Shown here one piece after another: positions 11,996-24,990 of a stretch of DNA of 64,000 nt (positions are counted from its first letter, which is position 1; each line of letters starts with the position of its first letter). The notes under the pieces are model-generated. The model did not search any database. It was not told where the DNA came from and was given only the letters and a program-made list of their open reading frames with translations. The DNA is from Eledone cirrhosa (Eukaryota): assembly GCA_964016885.1 (NCBI GenBank), contig OZ024741.1, positions 281,604,001 to 281,668,000 of the forward strand, written 5' to 3'. The translations under genes and the position numbers were made by a program.

Positions 11996-12324
11996 GATAA
12001 AGCACATCTCCCTTTTACATACATTTACGATGTACCATATTTTCTGTGAGTATCCAGTTTAGAATAGGTACACTTATGCAACTAAAAGGCAACTAAAAGG
12101 GTTGGGGCACCAGGAAGGGGTATCTGGCTGTAAAACATTGCCTTAAAAATGAACCTGTCATGGAGCCTGCAAAGGAAAACGACCTTAAAACACTTATTTA
12201 AAAATATACTATATATTTTATATTCAGGTTTTGTAGGTCCAGTAGATAAGTCACATGTTAGTTTTTCACATATTTTCATGGGAAAAGGTGCAACTTACAC
12301 ACATGTGAAAGTAAGGTAAAGACC

Positions 12325-12580
12325 TCCATCAGTCACAAATGACCATGGGATTCGTGCCTAGAAAGTCCCTCTCCGAGGCATATGTCTAGGCAAGGTTGTT
12401 TATGGAAAACCAGCAGTTGTCCATGCATACCAGTCTTCCCACTCCACAACACCAAAGTTGTTCAAGAGAAAGGCAATGGCCAATACAGCTTGGGACCAGT
12501 GATATCGCAACTCATTTCTACAGCTGTGTAAACTGGAGCATCATGAAATAAAGTGTCTGGTTCAAGAACTCAACACACAC
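12325..12580 (-). mobile_element. CORE-like SINE body
   Basis: Minus strand TGTTGAGTTCTTGAACCAGACACTTTATTTCATGATGCTCCAG...CAGCTGTAGAAATGAGT resembles CORE/V-type central domains. Confidence 0.5.
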
Positions 12581-14171
12581 AACGAAAAATTTCGAAGAAT
12601 TTAATAAAATAACAACATTTTAAAATACTAAGCTGGTATTTAGAACTAACAAAAATTTCTGAAATAAAAGTCATGATGGTAGGTTTTAATATAAGCATAA
12701 ACACTTTAAAATAAGCAGTTTTGTATTATAAATCCAGTGTGTTCTCAGGCGGTTTGGTATCATAACAGTTAAACAAAATAAGCACATACTTAGAGTATGA
12801 AGGGAAGAGGTAAACCATTTTTCTTTTCAAACTGATTGTATTTGTCATTCCCTCCAAAATGTTTTAGTAGATTTTATATATGATGAAGCGGGACATAATC
12901 TTTCAAGTTTTTAGGGCGTAAAAGGGAGTTAATGCAGCACTGAGGCCTAAGTTCAATCCCACTGTATGGCATCTTGGGCAAGTGTCATTTACCTTTGCCA
13001 CACTGAATCATCATCATTTTTACATCTGCATTCCCAAGAATTACATCAAAGATACACATGTCTGAGAAATAGTCAACGACATATACACTAATTTTAGGAG
13101 CAGGAAAAAGGGGACTCTCTTTAGTCTAAATAAGGTCAAGAAAATCCTCTTATTCTGATAAATTAACATAGCAACAGAGTAGAAAAAACTTTCTAGTGCT
13201 GGTGCCTCAATAAGATATGCCCAGCAAAGTGGTTGGTGATAGAAAAAGCATCCAACCATAAAAAAAAACATTTCAAAATGGAATATGTGGGCAAAACATG
13301 ACCTTCACTCTGTCCAGGAGGGTAGTAATTCTGAATAAAAACTGGCTTGACCTATGAAGCGAAGACCTGGTCAACACAGGAAGAGATGGAAAACAGGTGT
13401 AAAATGGTGATGATGAAGATGATAGAATATATACAAAATTCTAATATTACAATATGCATTTGTATGGAAAGTAGAATAAAAACAAAATATTAAAAAAATG
13501 TACAATTTCAGAGAGAAACAAAAACAAAATGTTTATTGCAATCTGTTTTAAAAAGACTATTTTGTTTAATGGATGCATTAGATTGGAAAGTTTTATTGGC
13601 ATATATATGAAATTAAAGCTATGCCAGTTGTAACATTAAAATATACAGATTCAGAAATCTAAACAGAATACATTTGCAATCCAATAAGGACAATACAAAT
13701 ACAACTGTATGTGTATGTAGGAAAGTATACATGTATGCATGCAGGCATGTGAATATATATGATTGTATCTATCAAACACTGTTTTGATGTATGTTACATA
13801 CACACACACACACGTACGCACGTATGTATGTATATATATATATATATACATACACACACACACATCAGAAGGTCACTCTGATATGAAACCTGTAACTTTG
13901 CATCCAATGATGTAGACCAGTTCTTTTGGGGCAAATCCATTTGATGTTGATGTTTGATTCCCCTGTGTAAAGCCTTTCCTCACTTAAAAAAAGCTTCAAG
14001 CACAGACATCGCTTGATATGTGACATTTTATTTTGGCCATAGGCAAGTCCCTAACAGCACTAAAAAGCCATGTTTGTAATGCTCATGCATAAGTATCAAG
14101 TGGTGACATTACTTGAAATCGAGTTGCAGCCATCATCATATATATATATATATATATATAATTATATATAA

Positions 14172-16384
14172 TTCAAGCATGTTTTGCAACGTGAGGACCA
14201 GAAACAGGAGGTGTTCAAGATTGCGAAGCAGTGTGTCAGAGAGAGTTGTGATGTCACTGGAGAGAAGTGTATCCGGAATGATAAAGGTGAGCTTGCCCTC
14301 ACACATGCTGAGAAGAAAGATGCATGGAAGAGTCATTATGATAGATTACTAAATGAGGAGAATGCATGGGAAGAAGAGACCCTACCCCAAGTAGACCCTA
14401 TAGAGGGACCAGCAGTATAAGTTAGCAGCAGCGTAGTAAGTAAGGCAATCAAAGATATGAAGATGGGGAAGGCAACCGGTCCATCGGGTATAGCTGCCGA
14501 GATGCTGAAGGCATCTGGGTCTGTAGGTCACACTATAACCACACGTATTGTTAACCAGGTAATACTAGGTGTCATACCAAAAGATTGGTGCAGTAGCATC
14601 ATTGTCAACTGCTACAAAGGTAAAGGTGATGCACTAGATAGAGGAAACTATAGAGGTATAAAGCTGATGGACCAGGTCATGAAAGTAACAGAAAGAGTTA
14701 TAGCACAGTTGATTAGGGACCGGGTGAAACTAGATGAGATGCAATTTGGGTTTGTACCAGGAAGAGGCACCACTGATGCCCTCTTCCCTGTGAGGCAGTT
14801 ACAGGAAAAGTACCTAGCTAAAAGTAAGCCACTCTACCTGGCATTCGTCGATTTTGAGAAAGCCTTTGACAGAGTTCCACGTGCTGTAATCTGGTGGGCT
14901 CTTAGAAAACTAGGAGTAGATGAATGGCTTGTGAAAGCTGTACAAGCCATGTATAGGGGAGCAGTCAGCAAAGTTAGGATTAGCAATGAGTATAGCGAGG
15001 AATTTAGTGTACAGGTTGGGGTCCACCAGGGCTTTGTTCTTAGCCCTCTCCTGTTCATCATAGTCCTGCAGGCAATAACGGAGGAGTTTAAGACCAGATG
15101 CCCATGGGAACTCCTGTATGCTGATGACCCCGCACTTATAGCTGAATCTGTGGTAGAACTAGAGAAGAAATTCCAAACTTGGAAGCAGGGACTAGAAAGA
15201 AAGGGTCTGAAAGTTAACATGACAAAGACTAAGGTCCTTGTAAGTAGAAGAGAAGACAGAACCCAGATCCCCTCAGGGAAATGGCCTTGCTCAGTATGTA
15301 GGAAAGGTGTAGGTAGGAACTCCATTCTCTGCCCCAAATGCAAACAATGGGTACACAAGAGATGTAGCAGGATCTCAGGAAGCTTAATTAAGAATGTAGG
15401 CTTCACATGCAGCAGCTGTGCTGGGACAGCAAGCAGCAAACAGCCACAGGAAACAAGTACCACCAATCTCTGGGAGGGCTCTGTAGAAACAGTAGACAGC
15501 TTCTGCTACCTAGGTGACCGAATTAGCAGCGGAGGTGGGTATTCAGAAAGTTCAATAACTCGGGTAAGAACAGGATGGAAGAAGTTTAGGGAACTACTAC
15601 CACTGCTAGCTGCAAAAGGCTTCTCCCTCAAAATGATAGGCAGACTGTATGATGCGTGTATCCGAACAGCGATGTTGCATGGTAGTGAGACCTAGACGCT
15701 GAAGGTGGAAGACTTACGTAGATTGGAGAGAAACGAAGCCTGCATGCTCCGATGGATGTGTAATAGTAATATACGCGACCGACAAAGCATAAATGAATTG
15801 AGAGAGAGACTGAGCATAAGAGGAATCAAATGCTGTGTGCAGGAGAGGCGGTTGCGTTGGTATGGACATGTGATGCGTATGAAGGATGACAGCTGCATAA
15901 AAAGGTGCAGAGCACTAGAAGTCGATGGAAACCGCGGAGTGGGGAGACCCAAGATGACCTGGGATGAGGTGATAAAAGCCGACCTTACCCAATTACACCT
16001 CTCAAAGGCGATGACACAGGACCGTGACCTCTGGCGTCACGCAGTAATACAGAGTACCCGACCTCCCATGGGTACAAGCTGAAGCATATAGACAATATGC
16101 CCCCACACCCCCCACCGCAAGATGGTCGTGGAGGTGCCACGGCAAAAAAGCACCCAGCCCACACTGTAAAGTGGACGTGTAGGCGCCACGAAAAAGCACC
16201 CAGCAGTCACTGTAAATGAGATTGGTGTTAGGAAGGGCATCCAGCTGTAGAAATCAAGCCAAATCAGTTCCTGTATGAATAAGGCATGGTCAGCCGACCA
16301 GACACTGCCCGCAACAGGACAACCCATCTAACCCATGCTAGCGTGGAAGAACGGATGTAAAACGGTGATGATGATGATGATGAT
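14172..16384 (+). mobile_element. 5'-truncated young RTE-clade LINE (RT, PHD finger, 3' UTR, (GAT)n tail) inserted in (TA)n
   Basis: ORF 14457-15695 has NYRGI, FVDFEKAFD, GVHQG, YADD, a C4HC3 finger and YLG; in-frame stops at ~14418 and ~15693; (TA)n on both flanks. Confidence 0.95.
14457..16082 (+). pseudogene. RTE reverse transcriptase with one premature stop
   Basis: 412-aa ORF continues after TAG (TGG in the 3807 copy) into ORF 15705-16082. Confidence 0.9.
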
Positions 16385-16429
16385 ATTGATATATATATAT
16401 ATATACACTCACACACACGTATACATATA

Positions 16430-17620
16430 TAGATGGCTGGATACAAAGTCTTGTCACATTTTAGACATAACAACTTTGAAGACACTTTTTCAATACTGAC
16501 TGCAGTATAAATTTCATTTTTTTAAAAAAAATGCTTTTCTTGTTTTCTCAGATTAATTTAACGTTATATTGCTTAATAATATGCAATTTGACACCTCTAT
16601 AATGAGCGCTGATCAAATAAATATAAGACTCTGAATGCTGTATGAATACAAAAAGGATTCCTAAGCAACAGACACAGCAAAGAATATAGAAATGAAGCTC
16701 CAAATGTCCAAACATGCCAACGATGGTTAAACAATCAGTAAACTTTTCCGTCAGTAATTCCCTTTGATCAAGGCGACCAAGTTTTCTTGATCTCAAGCTT
16801 TTACGGAATGCAGTGGAAGAAAATCCTAAGCACACTGCATGAAAATTGGCAAAACTGTTCAATACATGTCACAGGACTATTGTAAGGCACCTGCATAAAC
16901 TGGCAAAGGTGTTTAAACTTGGCTAGTGGGTGCCTCATAATTTGAATGCTATTCACCTTGATCAAGGAGTTGCCCTTTGCTCTTCATTAAAGAGTAGATT
17001 TCCTAATAACCCCCTTCTGGGCAGAATAATAACCAGTGGTGAAAAGAATCCGACAATGGTTATCAGCCAATGAAAAGGGGGAAACCACACCCAAACCCAG
17101 ACTATACTCAGAAAAAGTTATGCTCTGTATTTGGAGGAATATGCAGGGTGTCGTCTATTATGAAGTGTTCAACTCAAGCAGCTTAATGCTGATAAGTATT
17201 GTCACCAACTGGAATCATTTCATCACAATTTATTGAAATAGTGACCAGCATTGGCAAGCTGTAAAGGTGTGTTGTTCCTACACATCAATGCAAGATCACA
17301 TATTGCCCGAACTACACAGAACAAAATTCTTACACTTAATATGGAAGTTTTGTCTCATCCTCCTAATTCGCCTGACCTTTCTCCATCAGCTTATCTTTTG
17401 AAATAATTGCAATATTTAATGGAAAACAGTTTACCAATTGAGAAGAGGTAAAAATGGACATTGAATCCTCCTTTGCTTAGCAACCTGAAGAATTTTATGC
17501 TAGAGGGATGAATAATGTGCCAGCCAGATGGGATTATGCTATTAAAAATGAGGGAAAATATTATCTTTATTAAATATATCCACCATAACCAAATAAGCAT
17601 TTTTCCCCCTTGTCCATAAT
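16430..17620 (+). mobile_element. Decayed Tc1/mariner transposon
   Basis: WVPHNL at ~16927, KVMLCIW at ~17113 and HPPNSPDLSPS (YSPDL motif) at ~17356; many stops; TIRs not resolved. Confidence 0.85.
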
Positions 17621-17639
17621 GTGAGACACACACACACAA

Positions 17640-17860
17640 TCATCATTATACGTCTATTTTCCACACTAGCATGGGTTAGATGGATTTGTCCCATCAGAGG
17701 CAAGTTGGGTCAGGTGAGCATGTCTTGCTCATATAGGACTGTTTCTGGCCAGATTTCTACAGCTGGATGCCCTTCTTCACGGCAACCACATTTACAGTGT
17801 GGGCTGGCAGCTTTTAGTCATGGTACCTACACAACCAATTTTCAGTAAGGGCTGGATGTT
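17640..17860 (-). mobile_element. RTE 3'-tail element
   Basis: CATCATT..CGTCTATTTTCCACACTAGCATGGGTTAGA...CAGCTGGATGCCCTTC. Confidence 0.75.
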
Positions 17861-18059
17861 TATAAGTATGTATGCATGTAAGTAAGTAAGTATGTATGCA
17901 TAAATATATGTGTCATATTGACAGATGTGAGAATGAATACTCAATATCGAAGTAGAGTTTAAACATTTTTTTATTATGGTTGTGATGAGACTTGTTACTC
18001 AGGATTACACTGGGGAAACTCCAGAGTAACAAGCCATATATATATATATATTATTTACA

Positions 18060-18201
18060 GCAGAGTTATGTCCCTTAACGTTCTGAGTTCAAATCCCGCC
18101 AAGGTTAACTTTGCCTTTCATCCTTACGGGGTTGATAAAATAAAGTACCAGTAATGTACTGGGATAATTGCTGGCCTTGTGCCAAAAGTCGAAACAATTA
18201 T
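18060..18201 (+). mobile_element. 5'-truncated Deu/Nin-type SINE
   Basis: GAGTTCAAATCCCGCC ... GCCTTTCATCCTTACGGGGTTGATAAAATAAAGTACCAG. Confidence 0.85.
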
Positions 18202-18299
18202 TTGTACAGATTAAAATTTAAGCAAAGAATCTCTGCTTTCACCCTATACGAGTGAAACCCCCAAAAATGTATCTATTATCATTAATACTATATATATAT

Positions 18300-18332
<33 letters not shown>

Positions 18333-18814
18333 CACATACATGCACAAATCCATATATAAATTACATGCACACACACACACATATGTATGTGTGTGTGTGT
18401 TGACAAACTTATGGTCATATTCATAAACAATAGAATGCATATTTCCATCTCATCAATAGCTTCAATTCTCTAATAGCATTTGCATTAAGCGCTTCTTTAA
18501 AATGTTCTACTCCTCTATGGCACTTAATAAAATCTATCATTTCATTTGTTTTTTGAATTTGTTTCTTTATATGGCCCAACCATTAGAGGTCTTTTATTTC
18601 CTGATTTAGTAAAATATCACAAAATACTTCAATATATACTTAATGCAATTTCAAAGTCGTAACAAAGAGAATTTACATGCACCTCACCCTTCCCCATCCC
18701 TTACAATTGACTTGGATGTATTGACTGTAAACAGGCATATGATGGATTTCATCATATTTGTAAACATCGCTTAAGTAAATCTTACATTCACACACACACA
18801 TGTATGTATATGTT

Positions 18815-18879
<65 letters not shown>

Positions 18880-19289
18880 GTGAATTTATATATATTAGCA
18901 GTGTTACCCGGAAATGCCCTGATGCTGAAAATGGAGGTATTTCATTTTATTTGTTGGTAAAATTAAGTTATTTAACTTATAACAAGTTTTTTTACACACA
19001 TACATACAGATACTGTGTAACATGCATACATTTACAGACACACAGACTGGCTTGTAATTACTTGTGCATACGTACGTACATACATACATACATACAGTGT
19101 GTGTATCCAGTTTAGTATACACTGCATCCTTGTGTCATAAAAAGTGACTAAATAGTTTGGTACCATGAAAGACATCTGGTCATAAAACTCAATGTTGAAA
19201 AAAATGATGATGATGATGATCATCACACATTCTAGTAAATGTTTTACTGTGTATATCCAGTTTAGTATAGACTGCAATTTTATTGAAGA

Positions 19290-19340
<51 letters not shown>

Positions 19341-19341
<1 letters not shown>

Positions 19342-19617
19342 CAAAGCCACATATGTATATATACTGAGTGGGCAACTGAGACTGCGCCAATGTATATATA
19401 AATATATAAATATATACATTTTTAATCTATAGTCATGCAAACATACCAGAAACACAAACTTCTCAGTAAATGATAGACACCTTTAATAGATTTTCAGGCC
19501 TTGATCAGTCTTCATCAGAAGGTGTGTATATTATATATATAAAAAAATGTGTATATTTATATACACATTGGTGCAGTCTCGGTCTCCCACTCTGTATGTA
19601 TACAGATGTAACTTTGT
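19341..19617. repeat. Inverted repeat (~75-bp arms) enclosing the hammerhead
   Basis: ACAAAGCCACATATGTATATATACTGAGTGGGCAACTGAGACTGCGCCAATG matches the reverse complement of 19543-19617. Confidence 0.8.
19477..19525 (-). ncRNA. Type I hammerhead ribozyme motif (minimal)
   Basis: Minus strand ACACCTT-CTGATGA-AGACTGATCAAGGCCT-GAA-AATCTATT-A-AAGGTGT. Stem I is a perfect 7 bp, stem II has 4/5 pairs and the triplet is UUA. Confidence 0.7.
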
Positions 19618-20339
19618 CATACACTTCGGCTGCTTGGCACACTTCATAATATATGTGTAAACATTTTCTGGTGCGTTCCCATCAACATAGGTTGAACAAG
19701 TTGGCCTTCTGGTTCAATGAAACATATGTCCCTGGAATGGCACTGTTATAATAACTGTCATTAAGAATTATATATATGAAGCCTGAGAGAGGAGTGGCGA
19801 GAGCTGGAAAATGAGAGAATGGCAGGTGACAAAAGAAATAGAATGGGGTGAAGAAAGTCAAAGTAGAAGAAAGTAAAAATAAAAATTAAAAATGACACAA
19901 AGAAAAGTGAGAGAAAGGAAATAGTAAGAGTTAGAAAGGCAGAGAAATATATTTACACGTGTGTGTAGGTGTAGGTGAGTGTGTGCACGTGCAAAGCACC
20001 AGACTACACAATTTAGAGTTAACATTTGATCAGTTACTTCTCACTGCTCTAGCTCATCTCTCTCTCTCTCCTTCTCTCTTTTCACTCACCTTCCCTCTCC
20101 TCTCCCAAATAATAATAATATAAAGACTAATATCTCTACAGACAATTTCATCATTATTTATAGCTCAGTCTTTTCATGCTCACTTAAATTAGATGGGCAA
20201 GATCAATCACAAGATGTGACAATGTGAAAAAAAATATTTTTAGAAAAATATAAATAAAGGATAGAGGAATAGTGGAGTTAAAATTAAACATAGATTCATC
20301 ATTGTAAAAAGTATTTTAATTCTAAATGGCCACCTAAGT

Positions 20340-21030
20340 AATAGCCACGTGAACACACAGAGTTGGTTAAGTATACAGGAGCTCTGTAGTTTTGGTAGTA
20401 AAAGCAGCAGCAAAATAAACTTTTCCAAATTCCAGGAAGGTTCCATAGTAGTTGATAACCTCTGCTACTTAGTTGACCTAATTAGCAGTACAAGAGGTTG
20501 CTCTGAGAGCCAAGTAACTAGAATAAGAACAGGAAGTTATTACCTTTGATGACAACGAAAGGTGTTTCTCTATGAATGAAAGGCCAGCTATATCATTCAT
20601 GCCTGTGTGTGAAGTGTGGTGTTAAATGGGAGCGAAACATGAGCAATGGGGATATGTAAAGGCTGGAAATAAATAAAGCAAACATGCTCTGACAGATGAG
20701 TAACATTAAAATGAGAGAAGAACAAAGCATATATGATCTGGGAGAAAAGCTGGGTATAAGAGAAATTCAATGTAGTGTGTAGGAGATAAGATTGTGGTGG
20801 TATGGTCATATGATGTTGGGTGTTGGGTGTCAAGAAATTCCAATGGAAGGAAGTTGCAGTAGAGGGAGATAAAGGAAGACCTGGGCAGAGGTGGTGAAAA
20901 CTGATTTCAAATTGTTGAATCTTACAGAGGAGATGATGAGGGACTGCAAGGAGAGGAGAGATGCTGTGGTAGTTAAAAAAGACCTGTCTAACTCATTCAA
21001 GCTTGGAAAAGCACATGTAAAATGAGGATG
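20340..21030 (+). mobile_element. Old RTE LINE 3' fragment
   Basis: EGSIVVDNLCYLVDLISSTRGCSESQVTRIRTG, decayed WYGH and KTWAEVVKTD. Confidence 0.75.
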
Positions 21031-21059
21031 AACAGTAACGTTTTTGAGATGAGTCAGAT

Positions 21060-21280
21060 TAGATAGAAAATGGATTATTGTTGCCACATCTAGAGTGGTG
21101 CTGCTCAGAGCTCCTATCCTGACTAGATACAGTTCAGATTCACTTGTGTAACTTTGTTGGAGATGACTTCTTCTCATCTCTCAAGCCACTCTCTCACAGA
21201 CGTCATGCCGCAAGCCTGGCATTACTCTATCCTGATTTCCATGGAAAATGCTCTGATGAACGTCATTCTCTAGTACCTAA
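21060..21280 (+). mobile_element. CR1/L2-group LINE C-terminal fragment
   Basis: Decayed translation MDYCCHI.SGA...VGDDFFSSLKPLSHRRHAASLALLY..FHGKCSDE. Confidence 0.6.
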
Positions 21281-22374
21281 AAGGCATGAAAAGGATGAAA
21301 TGCCTTGAGAGTTGACCTCAGACACATAGCTAGAATGAAGGCCATAAAGCATGTTCTAACAACTCTGCCAATTAGCTGCCCAAGAAAATAATATATAATG
21401 ATATAATAAGGATATTTATAAGAGAAATTTTCACAGAAGATGAATCACACTTCAGAGAAAAACGATAATAGATAATATTTATTCTTTTATTGTTTCAGAT
21501 ATCAAACTGCGACCATACTGGAGAACTACCTTAGAGGATTTTAGTTGATCATATCAATCCCAGTACTTTTTTTTAAAACTTGGTGCTTATTTTTGTCAAT
21601 CTCTGTGTTTATGTTTTGTAACTTAGTGGATCAACAAAAATAAATATAAACAGACAGACACATTTATGTGTACATATATCTTGACACACACACAGTGAGG
21701 GTCTGCAGTTTCTGTCTACCAAATTCCACTCACAAAGCATTGGTCCACCCAAAGACAACATGACTGTGTAGCAAATTCCTTAATCATACAGCTAACCCGC
21801 ATTTGCACTTTCAATAGTCAGGACAATTCAAAAGTAGAATTCCTTTGTGTAGTTGTGTATGTGAAATTAGATGCCTGTAAACATGTGACTGGGTTTATTT
21901 CAATGTCATCAAGATGAAGTTGATAAATGGGAAGTTAGACATTAGTTAGTTGTGAGATAATTGGTAGACCGACGTTATTTAATTCATGATAATCATGTAT
22001 CAGGTTTCAACTTAACCCTTACATTAATGAAATATGCTGCATTTGAAGTCATTAATGAAGAACTTACAGGGATTTACTAAAATCATTTATTATTTCATTA
22101 ATAAGATGAGGTTTGTTATATAATTTAACAGAAAGTTGGAAGATTTAAAATTAAATAGGGTCCCTTTAAAATGGGTTTCAAAATGTTCTGGACCATCAAG
22201 TACCAGAAAATCGGGCAGGTTTGTTTCAAAAAGGTTAGCGCTGTTCATAGTGAGCAATTACATGCAAAACAAAAAAAAACTCATTGATCAAACAGAAATA
22301 GATTTATCCTTAACTCCAGCTGCTGTGATCAGCTTATTGAGTTCCTTGAAGACATTACCCAGATCACTGACAGT

Positions 22375-23619
22375 GGCTGATGGGTGGATGTTGTTTACCT
22401 TGACTTCGCTAAGGCTTTTAATTCTGTGCCACACAAAAGACTTGTGGCGAAACTCTCTGCAATGGGTGTGAGGGATGATCTTTTTAACTGGTTGAAATCC
22501 TTCATTCTCAGCCGAAAAGAGGTAGTCACGGTTCTAGGACAGCATTCTTCACCATATGAGATGTCATCTGGTGTACCACAGGGATCTGTTCTTGGTCCCC
22601 TTTTGTTTGTTGCATACATTAATGACATAGATGCCAACTTAAAGAATGCCACAGTACTGAAATATGCAGATGACATCAAGCTGGACCTTGAAATCAAAAG
22701 GACTGATCCTGAAATCTATAACTCTTTCCTACAATCAGACCTGGACACAATGTAGCAATGGATCACAGACTGGCAACTAAAGCTGGCTGTGGACAAGTGT
22801 ACCACCATGCATTTTGGAAGGAAAAATCCAGCGTCCACATACTCCCTCCACAACACTGATATCAAGAAGTCCTCTTGTGAACGTGACCTGGGCATTACTG
22901 TCAGCAGCGATTTGCGTTGGACAAAGCACATCTCTAAAATTGTCAAGAAGGCCGAGGGTGTCTTGGCATCACTCAGCCAGGCTTTTGTTAGCCGCTCTCC
23001 AGCCATCTATTTAAAACTCTATACAGCTATGGTACGACCACACTTGGAATTCGCATCATCAGTCTGGAACCCCTATCTTGCTCAGAACATTGACCTCCTG
23101 GAAACTGTTCAGAGACGTGCAACCAAGCGCATACCCTCCATCAGACACCTACCATACTCTGAACGCCTTGCTTCCCTGGGCATGGATTCATTGAAGCTCT
23201 GACGTCTGGCAATGGACTTTGTAAACACCCACAAAATTATTAACCATCTCGCCAACAACAATCCTGAGCACCTTTTTGAGCTCCATGTGTCTAACACACG
23301 TGGACATGCCTACAAAATCAGAAAACAGCACAGCTCCCATGACTTTCGGAAACACTTTTTCATGCTTAGAGTTGCTGAAGCATGGAACAAACTGCCTGTG
23401 TCAGTTGTTAGCTGCCGAGACACTGCATCCTTTAAAACCCTCATGCTTCCCAAAATTTGCCAAAACTACACCTGACGTCCCCCTTCCATACACACGTGTA
23501 TATCATGACTCATGCACTGTTCATTTTCCTGATGTTTGTACATTACCCTATGTACTATACATACACTTTTGATGAGTTGTAGTGCACCTGAGCACTGTAC
23601 ACAATACTTTCATTATTAC
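22375..23619 (+). mobile_element. 5'-truncated CR1-clade LINE (RT and C-terminus)
   Basis: DVVYLDFAKAF, SGVPQGSVLGP, YADD, ERDLG, VRPHLEF..VWNP, TRGH..K and RV..AWNKLP; a few stops. Confidence 0.92.
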
Positions 23620-23630
23620 ATATACCAGAC

Positions 23631-23665
<35 letters not shown>

Positions 23666-24104
23666 AGTCCTGGAGTCAATATAATCAACTAAATCCTTTA
23701 AAAATGGTTCTCCAGCAGAGCCACTATCCAATGCCTGAGACCAGTAAAATAAAATAAATGAGTGTACATAAAAACACCCCCCCCCCCCCTCCACACACAC
23801 ACAAAAAAAAAGAAAGAAACACGCATTTATTCTGTTCTTGTCATAGAGAATTATCAAATAAATCACCAGATATTTATTTGCAGCAGCAGGTTTCATTTTA
23901 CTCGTGTGGTATCTTTTTTTTTTTTTCTATTAGAGAAGTACTAACAAAACTCTATTCTAGATAATTGTATTGGATTGTTACAATGTACTTTTATCTAAGA
24001 CACAGGAATGTAATCACAGTGAAATACAAGTATGTTTGTTGCAACAGTTTAGAGTTAGCATCAAGAAATAAAAGATGACAGGAAGTAGACTAGAGACTAT
24101 CTAA

Positions 24105-24249
24105 CAGTGGTTCTCAACCGGGGTCCACATGGACCCTGGGGGTCCACAGGCAACAAATATTCTTTTGTTGAATAGCTATGAGGGGGTCCACCCCCCAAAA
24201 AATAAGGGAAAAGGGGTCCATGAGTAAAAAAAAAGGTTGAGAACCACTG
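24105..24249. mobile_element. hAT/Charlie-type MITE
   Basis: Perfect 15-bp TIRs CAGTGGTTCTCAACC / GGTTGAGAACCACTG; ATCTAA repeated on both flanks. Confidence 0.85.
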
Positions 24250-24594
24250 ATCTAAATTATAAAATATAAAGTCCTTCCAGTCACTTCTATGTGCCAACAC
24301 ACTTCTTATCCTCCTCCTCTCTCTCAATCATTTCTATATTTCATCTGCCAGTAACCCACCTTGTGGATTGTCTCACTACCAACCACTAGCCACTGATCTC
24401 TGTCCTCTGAGATATTTTACCTGATGCTGTCATTGACAGCATTTGGCTGTTTTAAAAGTTATTCTTGCATTGAGTTTTCTCATTTTTCTATGAATTCAAA
24501 TATACTCACATTTCATCTCAAATAGAGGCAACAATGTTTATTTATAAAATATACAGTACAACATAACCTCAAATAACCAGTTCATATCAACTGT

Positions 24595-24990
24595 AATGAT
24601 TGTTTCTACTTCTGGCACAAGGCCAGCAATTTCATGGGAGGTAACACTGGTTATATTGAGTCCAGTACGTGATTAACGCTATATTTTATCAACCACAGGA
24701 GAATGAAAAGCAAAATTGACCATGGCAGGATTTGAACTAGGAATGTAAATAGCTGGGACAAATACTACAAAGCACCGTGTCCAATATGTAAACAATTCTG
24801 CCAACCCACTGCCCTAATGGTTTCTCAGATAAGCATATGGTCAGAAACTTGAAAGAGGGGGAAAGTTGATTATATTGACCCTGCCACTACTGAACTGGTA
24901 CTTTATTGCATTGACCTCAGGAGGACAAAAAACAAAGCCACAGCGGGATTTGAACATGGAATGTAAAAATCAGGAACAAATACTGCTAAA
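24595..24990 (-). mobile_element. Two tandem old Deu/Nin-type SINEs
   Basis: GGATTTGAAC B-box complements at ~24728 and ~24946, each with the family tail. Confidence 0.7.

Noticed and set aside
18440-18620. Possible minus-strand exon or hAT transposase remnant
   Set aside because: In-frame stop soon after the acceptor, and similarity too weak to support without a search.
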